The notes under the pieces are model-generated. The model ran no database searches and was not told the DNA's origin. It was given only the letters and a program-made list of their open reading frames with translations. A stretch of 36,733 nucleotides of DNA from Gallionella sp. (GTDB taxonomy: Bacteria; Pseudomonadota; Gammaproteobacteria; Burkholderiales; Gallionellaceae): positions 1 through 36,733 of the forward strand of contig DASRWN010000125.1 in assembly GCA_035654595.1 (NCBI GenBank), given 5' to 3'. Shown in pieces: positions 1-10,430 of the stretch. Position 1 is the stretch's first letter. Each line of letters starts with the position of its first letter. A program made the position numbers and the translations under genes.

Positions 1-2367
1 ATCCTGACTATTGGCAAGGCGTTGCGCCTCATCAACCCGGGTATAAAAAGCGGCGATCTGTTCGCGCAATTGCGCCATTTGTTCTTCCGTACCACGCTGC
101 TGCAGTTGTTCGTTACTGAGCAGTTCGGCCACTTCGCGCAACTCACCATCAATCTGAATAATGCGTTCGGCACTGCGTTCCTGTGCCTGATTCAGTTTGA
201 GTATGTGCATTTGCGTGCCGTGCAGGCGTTGCTGCAATTCGGCACCGGCACTGCTCAACGGCGTGATTTGCTGCTCTATGGTTTGATAGCGCTGCTCGGC
301 TTGGGCAAGGTGCTGACGTAAATCTTCGGCATGATGCTGTTGTTCTGCCAACGCTTTTTGCAACACTTCAATTTCACGCTGCCTGACCAATACGCCGTGC
401 AGCTGACTGTCCGGAGCGTGAAACAGCACGCTGTGTGCGCCGATAAGATGTCCCTGTGGCGTAACGAACCAGCCGCCCGCCGGTAACTGGTTACGTTGCG
501 CATAACCTTGTGTCACGTGTTCAACGGCATAAATATGAGTCAACCAATCACGCATCGCCGGCAATACCTGCGCATCCTGACATTGCACATAATTCAGCAG
601 CGGTGTCAGTTGCGTTAACGCGTTTGATTTTTCTGGTGCAATGCCACCTGGCGCAAACAAGGCCAACTTTACCGGCGGTACATCGTCCCATGCCACCGCC
701 TCACCCATCGCGCTCAAGGCAATCGCATTCAGGCGTTCGCGTAATACTGCTTCCAGCGCATCTTCCCAGCCTGCATCAATGTGTATTGATTGCCACAGGC
801 GCGGCAGCTTTTCCAGTTGGTGTTGCTGTAGCCATGCGGTCAGATTTTTGTCACTATCAAGTTGCTGTTGTAATTGTTGCAGTGCCTGCAAACGTGCTTC
901 CGTTTGCGCCGTTACGCGTTCTTGCTGCTGCATGGCATTGCGCTGCTCATTACGTTGCGCATCGGCCAGCGGCAACTGTTCTTGCAGGGCGGCCAGATGC
1001 TGCGTTTGTGTGGCGCGCTGTGTTTCCAGATCGCCAAGTTCCCGTTGTGCCTGCTGCAATGCACCGGCATCAACGTTCGGCAAGTTGTCCTTCTCAAGCA
1101 ACAAGCGCGAGCGACGTGATTCCATTTGCTGCACGTTGCGTTGCAGGTTAGCGCGCTGCGTATCCGCTAATTGTAGTTGTTGCTGCAACTGTAACTGTTC
1201 GCGTTGCAACACGTTGTGACGTTCCTGCGCATCGCGCGCCGCTTGCTCTGCTTGCGGCAAGTTCTGCCCTTCCAGCTGGGCATATTGTCCGGCCTCCGTG
1301 AGCTTGGCAGCCGCGCCTTCTTGCTGGCGCTGCCAGTGCTCCAGCAGGGAATGCACGCCCTGCCGTTGGTGTAACTGCTGCTCGACTTGCCGCTCGGTAT
1401 TGGTGATTTGCTGCGCCAGCCGTTGACGTTGCTCGGCAACGTGTTTGATGTGCTGCTCCAGCCGTGCAATTTCGGCGTTCGCCGTATACAGATCACCTTG
1501 CTTGATATGCAACGCATCGGAAAGTTGATAATGCGCGCTGCGTGCCGTTTCCAGCTGGCTTTCAATATCACGCAACCGTGCCGTCTCGGCTTCCAGTTCG
1601 ATGCGCATTTTTTCCAGGGTCTGCGCATATTTGATGCGCTGCGCATCGGCTTCCTGCCGCTTCACCAGCCAATACAGTTGCTGCGTCGTATCGCGCTGCG
1701 TTTCCAGGGCGCGATACTGCTTGGCTATTTCGGCCTGCGCATCCAGATGTACTAATTGTTTTTCCAGCTCTTGCAGGATGTCGCTGACGCGCAACAGGTT
1801 GTCGCGGGTATCGGCCATGCGCAACTCTGTTTCGCGGCGGCGCTCGCGGTATTTTGAAACGCCCGCTGCCTCTTCGAGGAAAACGCGCAATTCTTCCGGT
1901 TTGGCCTCGATGATGCGCGAGATCATGCCTTGTTCGATGATGGCATAGGCACGCGGACCCAGCCCGGTGCCAAGGAAAATATCAGTGATGTCCTTGCGTC
2001 GCACATGCTGATTGTTGATGTGATAGCTGGAGTCGCCATCACGCTGCAAAATACGCTTGATGGAAATTTCCGCGTAGCTCGACCACTGTCCGGCAGCTTT
2101 GCCCAGGCTGTTGTCAAAAATCAGTTCGACACTGGCACGTCCCACCGGCTTACGTTTGCTCGAGCCATTGAAAATAACATCCTGCATGGTTTCGCCACGC
2201 AATGCAGACGCCTTGGATTCGCCCAACACCCAGCGCAACGCATCGATCACATTTGACTTGCCGCAACCGTTCGGCCCGACCACGCCCACAATTTGACCCG
2301 GCAGCTGAATATGCGTGGGGTCAACGAAGGATTTGAAACCTGCTAGCTTAATTTGAGAAAGACGCAA
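1..2367 (-). CDS. smc: Chromosome segregation protein SMC, N-terminal 789 codons; runs off the left edge
   Basis: Absent from the ORF track, consistent with no stop inside the window. Manual translation from TTG at 2367 gives [18 protein letters not shown]..., Walker [10 protein letters not shown] and a long coiled coil. SD-like AGAGGT lies upstream. Frame spot-checked at several points down to position 1. Confidence 0.95.
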   Translation of the reverse strand, partial: MRLSQIKLAGFKSFVDPTHIQLPGQIVGVVGPNGCGKSNVIDALRWVLGESKASALRGETMQDVIFNGSSKRKPVGRASVELIFDNSLGKAAGQWSSYAEISIKRILQRDGDSSYHINNQHVRRKDITDIFLGTGLGPRAYAIIEQGMISRIIEAKPEELRVFLEEAAGVSKYRERRRETELRMADTRDNLLRVSDILQELEKQLVHLDAQAEIAKQYRALETQRDTTQQLYWLVKRQEADAQRIKYAQTLEKMRIELEAETARLRDIESQLETARSAHYQLSDALHIKQGDLYTANAEIARLEQHIKHVAEQRQRLAQQITNTERQVEQQLHQRQGVHSLLEHWQRQQEGAAAKLTEAGQYAQLEGQNLPQAEQAARDAQERHNVLQREQLQLQQQLQLADTQRANLQRNVQQMESRRSRLLLEKDNLPNVDAGALQQAQRELGDLETQRATQTQHLAALQEQLPLADAQRNEQRNAMQQQERVTAQTEARLQALQQLQQQLDSDKNLTAWLQQHQLEKLPRLWQSIHIDAGWEDALEAVLRERLNAIALSAMGEAVAWDDVPPVKLALFAPGGIAPEKSNALTQLTPLLNYVQCQDAQVLPAMRDWLTHIYAVEHVTQGYAQRNQLPAGGWFVTPQGHLIGAHSVLFHAPDSQLHGVLVRQREIEVLQKALAEQQHHAEDLRQHLAQAEQRYQTIEQQITPLSSAGAELQQRLHGTQMHILKLNQAQERSAERIIQIDGELREVAELLSNEQLQQRGTEEQMAQLREQIAAFYTRVDEAQRLANSQD

Positions 2368-2377
2368 AAATACCTCT

Positions 2378-2501
2378 GGGAATTCGTTTTTCGGGCGAGT
2401 CGCGGTGTCGCATGCTCGCTCACTTTTTCGTCTATCAACCTGATATGCCTCATCGTTCGCTGCGCAGCTCCTTGCGCTTCATCCCGAAAAAGCAAATTTC
2501 C
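2378..2501. mobile_element. Palindromic MITE-like element A (~125 bp) between smc and queF
   Basis: Imperfect terminal inverted repeats GGAATTCGTTTTTCGGG (2379-2395) and CCCGAAAAAGCAAATTTCC (2483-2501). The minus strand carries the CAAGGAG..GGCATAT..ATAGACGA..CGACACCG layout shared with elements B and C. Confidence 0.65.
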
Positions 2502-2526
2502 AACAACTTCGCAGGTGTCCCAACGA

Positions 2527-2539
2527 TATAATACGCGCC
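2527..2539 (+). promoter_or_regulatory. Putative sigma70 -10 box for queF
   Basis: TATAAT at 2527-2532 followed by GC-rich ACGCGCC, 36 nt before the queF ATG. No clear -35 box. Confidence 0.5.
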
Positions 2540-2568
2540 ATTCTAACCGAACCTGGCGGGCATACCAA

Positions 2569-2988
2569 ATGACTACCCAACCGAGTAAAACGCTGGAGAC
2601 TTTCCCCAACCCGCAGACTGCGCGTGATTACCATATCCACATGGAAATTCCGGAATTCACCTGCCTGTGTCCAAAAACCGGCCAGCCGGATTTCGCCACA
2701 CTGATACTCGATTACATACCCGATCAGCAATGTGTCGAACTCAAAAGCCTCAAGCTGTATATCTGGTCGTTCCGCAACGAAGGACATTTTCATGAGGACG
2801 TGACCAATCGCATTCTGGATGATCTGGTCAACGCCACCCAGCCGCGTTTCATGCGCCTCACCGCCAAGTTTTACGTGCGCGGCGGCATTTTCACCAACGT
2901 GATTGCCGAGCACCGCAAACAAGGCTGGCAAGCCGCACCTTGCGTTGAGCTGAGCCGGTTCGATACACAGTCAAATACGCGTGGCTGA
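2569..2988 (+). CDS. queF: NADPH-dependent 7-cyano-7-deazaguanine reductase (preQ1 synthase), short single-domain type
   Basis: Motifs [28 protein letters not shown] and RGGI. ATG at 2569 preferred over the ORF-track start at 2353. Confidence 0.95.
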   Translation: MTTQPSKTLETFPNPQTARDYHIHMEIPEFTCLCPKTGQPDFATLILDYIPDQQCVELKSLKLYIWSFRNEGHFHEDVTNRILDDLVNATQPRFMRLTAKFYVRGGIFTNVIAEHRKQGWQAAPCVELSRFDTQSNTRG

Positions 2989-3039
2989 AACAAACCATGC
3001 GCTACCCGTGCCGCGTAGAGAAATTGCAAAACAGAATCC

Positions 3040-4296
3040 ATGAGTAACCTGTTTCTCGGTCTGGACTTCGGCACATCCGGCGCGCGTGCCTGTGTTATTG
3101 CCGATGACCGGACCATCGTCTGGCAACAGCAGACTGCCTATGCCAATCCTGCCGCGCAAACCGCACTTGATTGGCGTGCCGCGTTGCATGGGCTGTTAAG
3201 CGGCTTACCCAAAGCGATCGCGCAACAGTTGCGCGGCCTGGCGATAGACGGCACATCCGGCACGGTGCTGCTGTGCGACAAAAATTTTGCGCCACTCTCT
3301 CCTGCGCTCCTCTACCGCGATGACCGCGCGCAACAACAAGCGTCACAACTTAAAACTTGCGCGCCTGCAGATCACATCGTTTGTACCGCCACTTCCGGCC
3401 TCGCCAAATTCCTCTGGCTCACGCAACAAAATGACAGCCATCAAGCTGCCTATTTTCTGCATCAGGCTGATTGGCTGACTGCTCTGCTCAGTGGTGTAGG
3501 GGGCGTCACGGATTATCACAATGCACTGAAAACCGGTTATGACGCGCAACGGTTGTGCTGGCCCGAGTGGCTCAGCGCCTTGCCACACAGCCACTTGCTG
3601 CCACAGGTGCTCACCCCGGGCGAGGCGATCGGAACCATCCAGGCGGATCTCTCCGCACATTTCGGCATCCATCCACACTGCGTTATCCATGCGGGAACCA
3701 CCGACAGCACGGCTGCTTTCATTGCGACAGGAATAACCGAGCTTGGCGTAGGCGTCACTTCACTCGGCAGCACACTGGTCATCAAGCAACTTACTGAGCA
3801 ACGCATCGAAGCCCCGGAATATGGTGTATACAGCCATCGTTACGGCAATCTGTGGCTGGTGGGCGGTGCATCCAATGCCGGGGCTGCGGTGCTGCGCAAT
3901 TATTTTGACGACACACAACTCGCTGCCTTGAGCCTACGCATCGACCCGCAGCAAGACAGCCCGCTTGATTATTATCCGCTCACCAAGATTGGCGAGCGTT
4001 TCCCGAACAATGACGCACAGCTCAAACCACGGCTGGAACCACGCCCATCAGACGATGCAGAATTTTTGCATGGCGTACTACAAAGCTTGGGGCGCATCGA
4101 AGTGGCAGGTTATGCCAGGCTCGCCGCGCTTGGCGTTCCGCCACTCAAGCGTGTCGTGACTTGTGGCGGCGGGGCAAAGAATATGGTGTGGCAACAACTG
4201 CGGCAACGCTTACTGGATGTGCCAGTCGACGTGGCAACACACGATCAGGCGGCCTACGGCGCAGCATTATTGGCATTGCATGGGCAAGTGCCGTAA
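3040..4296 (+). CDS. FGGY-family carbohydrate kinase (SePSK/AtXK-1, D-ribulose-kinase-like)
   Basis: N-terminal LGLDFGTSGAR, IDGTSGT, AGTTDS, TSLGSTLV, YSHR..WLVGGASN and GGGAKN motifs. Confidence 0.85.
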   Translation: MSNLFLGLDFGTSGARACVIADDRTIVWQQQTAYANPAAQTALDWRAALHGLLSGLPKAIAQQLRGLAIDGTSGTVLLCDKNFAPLSPALLYRDDRAQQQASQLKTCAPADHIVCTATSGLAKFLWLTQQNDSHQAAYFLHQADWLTALLSGVGGVTDYHNALKTGYDAQRLCWPEWLSALPHSHLLPQVLTPGEAIGTIQADLSAHFGIHPHCVIHAGTTDSTAAFIATGITELGVGVTSLGSTLVIKQLTEQRIEAPEYGVYSHRYGNLWLVGGASNAGAAVLRNYFDDTQLAALSLRIDPQQDSPLDYYPLTKIGERFPNNDAQLKPRLEPRPSDDAEFLHGVLQSLGRIEVAGYARLAALGVPPLKRVVTCGGGAKNMVWQQLRQRLLDVPVDVATHDQAAYGAALLALHGQVP

Positions 4297-4301
4297 TAGA
4301 C

Positions 4302-5429
4302 TTATTCCAATTCTTGAGTAGTTTTGTTTTCCAAAACATCCACCGCCTCGATACGGGCAAAATGATCGCTGATTTTGCGGCTTGAAATCTCCACTTGCCC
4401 AGCCTCTTCATTGGCCTTGCGAATGTTGTCGGCAAGCCGTTTCATGCGCTCGTCAAACCGTTTGAAGTCCGTGCTGAGTTTGCCCAGCTCGCTTTGAATG
4501 ATATGCACCTGTTCGCGCATCTGCACATCCTTCATCACCGCACGTGCCGTGTTCAGCACCGCCATCAGCGTGGTCGGCGAAACGATCCAGACATGCTGAT
4601 GCATCGCGTATTCCACCAGGTCAGCATGGTAAGCATGAATCTCGGCGAACACCGCTTCGGCAGGCACAAACATCACCGCACCATCCGAGGTCTCGTTGCG
4701 TATCAGGTATTTTTGGGCAATATCTTCGATGTGTTTTTTAATGTCCAGCTTGAATTGCCTGCGCGCCGCCAGTTTGTCAGATTCGGCCATATCCTGATCC
4801 AGCATGCGGTGATAATTTTCCAACGGAAACTTGGCATCTACCGGCACCTTCCCGGTTGGCGGCGGGAGAATCAATAAACAATCGACCCGATTACCGTTGG
4901 ACAGTTTTTCCTGAAACGCATAAGCATCCGGCGGCAGAATGTTGCGCACCAGACCTTCCAGTTGCACTTCGCCGAACGCCCCGCGTGAACGTTTGTCGCC
5001 CAACAGGTTTTGCAGACTGACAACATTGGTGGTCAGGCCGTCGATCTTTTTTTGCGCCTCATCTATGGTGGCAAGCCGTGTCATCACACTGGTAAAAGTC
5101 TCATTGGTTTTTTTGAACCCTTCATCCAAACGCTCAGCGACCTTGCCAGAAATCTGCTCCAGCCGTGCATCCACCGTCTTGGCTAGTGCTTCTACGCTAC
5201 TGGATAAATGTTGCGAGGCATTGCGAAAAGATGTCTGGATCAACTCCTGATCGGCACGCGCATGTTCGGCCATACGGTCGCCCTGCTTGTTCAGGCCATC
5301 GTGTAAATCGTTCAACATCAGACGGTGTTTTTCTTCCAGCACGCGTGCCAGCGCGTTGGCTTGCGCACGCGCCGACCAGAACAGACCAGCCAGAACACAA
5401 ATCAGCAAAATGATAATGATTTCTAACAT
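4302..5429 (-). CDS. rmuC: DNA recombination protein RmuC
   Basis: N-terminal TM anchor, coiled coil, RGAFGEVQLE, VDAKFPLENY, AVMFVPAEAVF and VSPTTLMA motifs. ATG at 5429 (MLEIIII) preferred. Confidence 0.93.
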   Translation of the reverse strand: MLEIIIILLICVLAGLFWSARAQANALARVLEEKHRLMLNDLHDGLNKQGDRMAEHARADQELIQTSFRNASQHLSSSVEALAKTVDARLEQISGKVAERLDEGFKKTNETFTSVMTRLATIDEAQKKIDGLTTNVVSLQNLLGDKRSRGAFGEVQLEGLVRNILPPDAYAFQEKLSNGNRVDCLLILPPPTGKVPVDAKFPLENYHRMLDQDMAESDKLAARRQFKLDIKKHIEDIAQKYLIRNETSDGAVMFVPAEAVFAEIHAYHADLVEYAMHQHVWIVSPTTLMAVLNTARAVMKDVQMREQVHIIQSELGKLSTDFKRFDERMKRLADNIRKANEEAGQVEISSRKISDHFARIEAVDVLENKTTQELE

Positions 5430-5442
5430 AGTGAAAACCATG

Positions 5443-5475
5443 AAAAACGCCGTGCAGTATAGCACTGCACGGCGT
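5443..5475 (-). terminator. Intrinsic terminator after typA, containing a putative extended -10 for rmuC
   Basis: Perfect 12-bp inverted repeat ACGCCGTGCAGT (5447-5458) / ACTGCACGGCGT (5464-5475) with a T-run on the minus strand. TGCTATACT spans the loop on the minus strand. Confidence 0.7.
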
Positions 5476-5502
5476 CAGGCTTGAATCTGCTGCGCGGCTT
5501 TT

Positions 5503-7311
<1,809 letters not shown>

Positions 7312-7337
7312 GGATGCAGCCTTGCTCTATCAAAAGG

Positions 7338-7352
7338 GCGCGCATTCTAGCA
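7338..7352 (-). promoter_or_regulatory. Putative extended -10 promoter of typA
   Basis: Minus strand TGCTAGAAT (7352-7344) followed by GCGCGC. Confidence 0.55.
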
Positions 7353-7411
7353 TAAGCAGGCGAACAACTCTGCTCTATTGCCAATGAAAGCACCGATTTT
7401 GTGGTATTTGC

Positions 7412-8239
7412 TCAAATGGCCGGAACAACAAAGCGTTGCCGCAGTTCTTGCAGATTCAGCTCACTCAAAATCTGCTCCAGCCTGCCGCTGGCATTGTTTC
7501 TTGGCGCGCCCTTATGACTGGCGATAATCAGCTCGTTTTTCATTGAATGTTCCCAACCCACCAGCTCGGTCACCGTCACTTGATAGCCGTGCGCCTCCAG
7601 TTGCAGGCAACGCAGCACATTGGTGAGATGGCTGCCGAATTCACGGCTATGCAACGGGTGCCGCCAGATTTCCGAAAGCGGGGTTTTGCCGAATGAAAGG
7701 TTTTTATTTTTGTTCAATAACGCCGCTACTTCGGCCTGACAGCACGGCACCAGCACAATGAATTTGGCCTGTTTGTGCAGGGCGAACCGGATGGCATCAT
7801 CGGTGGCCGTGTCACAAGCATGCAACGCTGTGACGACATCGATTTGTTCAGGCAGTTGCGGCGCATGAATCGAGTCGCGCACCGACAAATTCAAAAATGA
7901 CATGCGCGCAAATCCCAGCTTGTCGGCTAACGCTTGCGCTTGGCTGATCAATTCATCGCGGCTCTCTATGCCGTACACATGACCAACCTGGCGCGATTTC
8001 AAAAACAGATCGTAAAGTATGAAACCCAGATAGGATTTGCCGGCACCGTGATCCGCCAACGTCAAGTTCGGCTGACTCACGAGCACCTGCTCCAGCAACG
8101 GTTCGATGAAATTAAACAGGTGATATACCTGCTTTAACTTGCGTCGGCTATCCTGATTGAGTTTGGCGTCACGCGTCAGAATGTGCAGCGCTTTAAGCAG
8201 CTCAATAGATTGGCCCGGCCTGATTTCAGGTGCGGTCAG
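7412..8239 (-). CDS. SAM-dependent methyltransferase (Methyltransf_32-like), probable CTG start
   Basis: Motifs DHGAGKSYLG, ALHACDTATD, VPCC and HSMKN. The frame stays open 47 codons upstream of the ORF-track start (LTAPEIRPGQSIELLKALHILTRDAKLNQDSRRKLKQVYHLFNFIEP). GAGGA lies 6 nt before CTG at 8239. Confidence 0.8.
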   Translation of the reverse strand: MTAPEIRPGQSIELLKALHILTRDAKLNQDSRRKLKQVYHLFNFIEPLLEQVLVSQPNLTLADHGAGKSYLGFILYDLFLKSRQVGHVYGIESRDELISQAQALADKLGFARMSFLNLSVRDSIHAPQLPEQIDVVTALHACDTATDDAIRFALHKQAKFIVLVPCCQAEVAALLNKNKNLSFGKTPLSEIWRHPLHSREFGSHLTNVLRCLQLEAHGYQVTVTELVGWEHSMKNELIIASHKGAPRNNASGRLEQILSELNLQELRQRFVVPAI

Positions 8240-8820
8240 CTTAAATCCTCAACCAGTGAAGCAAGCGTCTCCGGTGATAGTGATTCAACGTGATAAGGGT
8301 ATTCCTTATGATCACAGCCGACTTTGAGCTGCGCGCCCGCTTTCAGGAATTTTTTCATTTCGCCGTTTAGTTCAAAACGCATGAAGTGAACTGCCGATGT
8401 TTTTTCTGCGGTGCTGCGCTCCAAATCTTCATCGGCAATCGCATAGACACGCGTCTGACCTTCAACCTCGATAAACACTTTATGTTCAATGCCAACCAAC
8501 TTTGCCAAAGCGATTTTGCGCTCCGCTTCGTTTGAATATTCCAGCATCATGGTCGCCTTGAAGTTTGAGCCATCCGGCACCAAAGGGTTGTACGCATCCA
8601 GCTCATCCTGGATACCCTCATCTTCAAAAATCTTTTCGACGCGCAGCATCTCCTGAACCTGATAACGCATCAACGTCTCATTTTCAAATATCAGATTCAG
8701 ATGCTCACCCAGCGCGACCGTCCTCAATTTCCGCAGACCGATGATGTGCTTGCGCATCTCGGGCCTGGCCTTGTGATAAGTTTCCAGACTCATCAAACTT
8801 TCACGATTAATTTTTGCCAT
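8236..8820 (-). CDS. DUF3501 family protein
   Basis: FEN..RYQVQEMLRVEK..IQDELDAYNPLVP..ATM..KTSAVHFMRF; typical partner of aerobic-type rubrerythrin. Alternative start at 8823. Confidence 0.88.
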   Translation of the reverse strand: MAKINRESLMSLETYHKARPEMRKHIIGLRKLRTVALGEHLNLIFENETLMRYQVQEMLRVEKIFEDEGIQDELDAYNPLVPDGSNFKATMMLEYSNEAERKIALAKLVGIEHKVFIEVEGQTRVYAIADEDLERSTAEKTSAVHFMRFELNGEMKKFLKAGAQLKVGCDHKEYPYHVESLSPETLASLVEDLS

Positions 8821-8855
8821 CATATCCCCTCTACTCCTTCAAATAAGACCGGTCA

Positions 8856-10193
8856 TTACAGGCCATATGCCTTGGACAGTAAAGACAGCGGGTGAACCAT
8901 CTCGGCTTTCTTGAGCCCGGCTTCCGCCATGCCCTGTTCAATATGGTGACCGGCCAGTTGACAATCCGAGCTGATGTAATCCGGTTCGTTGTTGGCCATG
9001 CTCTTGAATACCGGTTTGCCAATTTTCATCGCGGTGGCATGAAACTCTTTTTTCACGCCCCAAGTGCCCGAGTGTCCCGAGCAACGTTCAACTACATTGA
9101 CCTCGGTACCGGGAATCATTTGCAAAGCTTCAGCCGTTTTTTTGCCGACATTCTGCACACGAGAATGGCACGGCACGTGGTAACTTACTTTACCCAGCGT
9201 TGTCTTAAACTCGCTCTTCAACAAACCGTCCTTGCGCCGTGCAATGAAATACTCAAACGGATCCCACATTGCTTCTTTGACCAACTGGACATCTTCTTCA
9301 TCCGGAAACATCAGTGGCAGCTCTTGTTTGAACATCAGCGTGCAAGAAGGAATCGGCGTGACAATGGCGTATCCTTCGCGCGCCAACTTGGCCAACTGCG
9401 GGATGTTGATATCCTTGTTTTTGGCAACCGCTTCCAAATCTCCCAGCTCCAGTTTGGGCATGCCGCAGCAGGCCTCTTTGTTGACCAGCGTGTATGGGAT
9501 TTCATTATGGTTCAGGACCTTTAATAAATCCTGGCCAATGCCGGGTTCATTGAAGTTGATATAGCAAGTGGCATAGACCGCCACCTTCCCGGGCGTGCGT
9601 TCACCCGCTTGCACAGGCCACGCAGCCGATTGTTCCGCCAGTTGCGGAAAAGTCTTGGCCGCATACTCGGGTATCCAGGCTTTTTTATCCACGCCCAACA
9701 CAGACTCCATCACTGAGCGCATCGCGCCGGTCTTGTTAACCGCATTCACGGTTTTTGTAACGACCGGAATGCCCGCAAAACTCCCCAGTTTGTCGGTGGA
9801 TGACAACAAATTATCGCGGAAAGTGGTCTCGCCATTTTTGTGCTTGACCGCTTTGGCACGCAACATCAGATGTGGGAAATCCAACGCCCAAGGGTGAGGC
9901 GGCACATACGGACACTTGGTCATATAACACATGTCGCACAAATAGCATTGATCGACTACTTTGGCGTAATCTTTCTTGGCGACGCCGTGCACCTCACCGT
10001 CTTCGGTGGCGTCAACCAGATTAAACAGGGTGGGGAACGCGCCGCACAAACTCAAACAACGACGACAACCATGACAAATATCGAACACCCGCTCAAGCTC
10101 TGTGTCGAGTTTGTCTTCGTTATAAAAATCCGGATTTTTCCAATCCAACGGGTGACGGGTTGGCGCTTCGAGATTGCCTTCGCGTTCTGCCAT
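8856..10193 (-). CDS. Rubrerythrin-associated Fe-S oxidoreductase (GlpC/HdrD-like, CCG domains)
   Basis: CHGCRRCLSLC and CYLCDMCYMTKCP cluster motifs, plus CCGMP and CSGHSG segments. AAGGA lies 6 nt before ATG 10193; alternative start at 10199. Confidence 0.9.
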   Translation of the reverse strand: MAEREGNLEAPTRHPLDWKNPDFYNEDKLDTELERVFDICHGCRRCLSLCGAFPTLFNLVDATEDGEVHGVAKKDYAKVVDQCYLCDMCYMTKCPYVPPHPWALDFPHLMLRAKAVKHKNGETTFRDNLLSSTDKLGSFAGIPVVTKTVNAVNKTGAMRSVMESVLGVDKKAWIPEYAAKTFPQLAEQSAAWPVQAGERTPGKVAVYATCYINFNEPGIGQDLLKVLNHNEIPYTLVNKEACCGMPKLELGDLEAVAKNKDINIPQLAKLAREGYAIVTPIPSCTLMFKQELPLMFPDEEDVQLVKEAMWDPFEYFIARRKDGLLKSEFKTTLGKVSYHVPCHSRVQNVGKKTAEALQMIPGTEVNVVERCSGHSGTWGVKKEFHATAMKIGKPVFKSMANNEPDYISSDCQLAGHHIEQGMAEAGLKKAEMVHPLSLLSKAYGL

Positions 10194-10229
10194 ATTCATT
10201 CCTTAATTGAAATATCTATAATCTACAAG

Positions 10230-10372
10230 TGGACGCCGCTAAAAATTCAAAATTCTAAGTGAGACAAGGCGCAGGGAAAATTTAAGGGCGCAGCATATTT
10301 ATAATATGTCAGCATTTAAATTTTCTGTGCAACACAGCATCACGACGAAGTTTGGATTTTTAGAGATGTCCA
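10230..10372. mobile_element. Palindromic MITE-like element B (143 bp)
   Basis: TIR TGGACGCCGCTAAAAATTCAAAATT versus the reverse complement of the right end, TGGACATCTCTAAAAATCCAAACTT. Internal arms GAAAATTTAA..CATATT / AATATG..TTAAATTTTC. Confidence 0.75.
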
Positions 10373-10373
10373 T

Positions 10374-10403
10374 AACAAAATCCCGCAGCTACTGCCACGG
10401 GAT
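10374..10403 (-). terminator. Intrinsic terminator or stabilising hairpin after rubrerythrin
   Basis: Minus strand ATCCCGTGGC-AGTA-GCTGCGGGAT-TTTGTT. Confidence 0.65.
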
Positions 10404-10430
10404 ATCTGTCTACCTCACAGAACGGGCCAA

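Noticed and set aside
22-2296. Multiple plus-strand ORFs, including Cys-rich 641-1219
   Set aside because: Antisense shadows of the Gln/Leu/Ala-rich smc coiled coil.
2353-2568. 72-aa N-terminal extension of QueF given by the ORF track
   Set aside because: It overlaps the smc start and reads through palindromic element A. A TATAAT box lies just before ATG 2569, which gives a normal-length QueF.
2504-2568. preQ1 riboswitch upstream of queF
   Set aside because: No preQ1-I stem-loop with an A-rich tail is visible, and the predicted leader is only about 30 nt. An Rfam scan would settle it.
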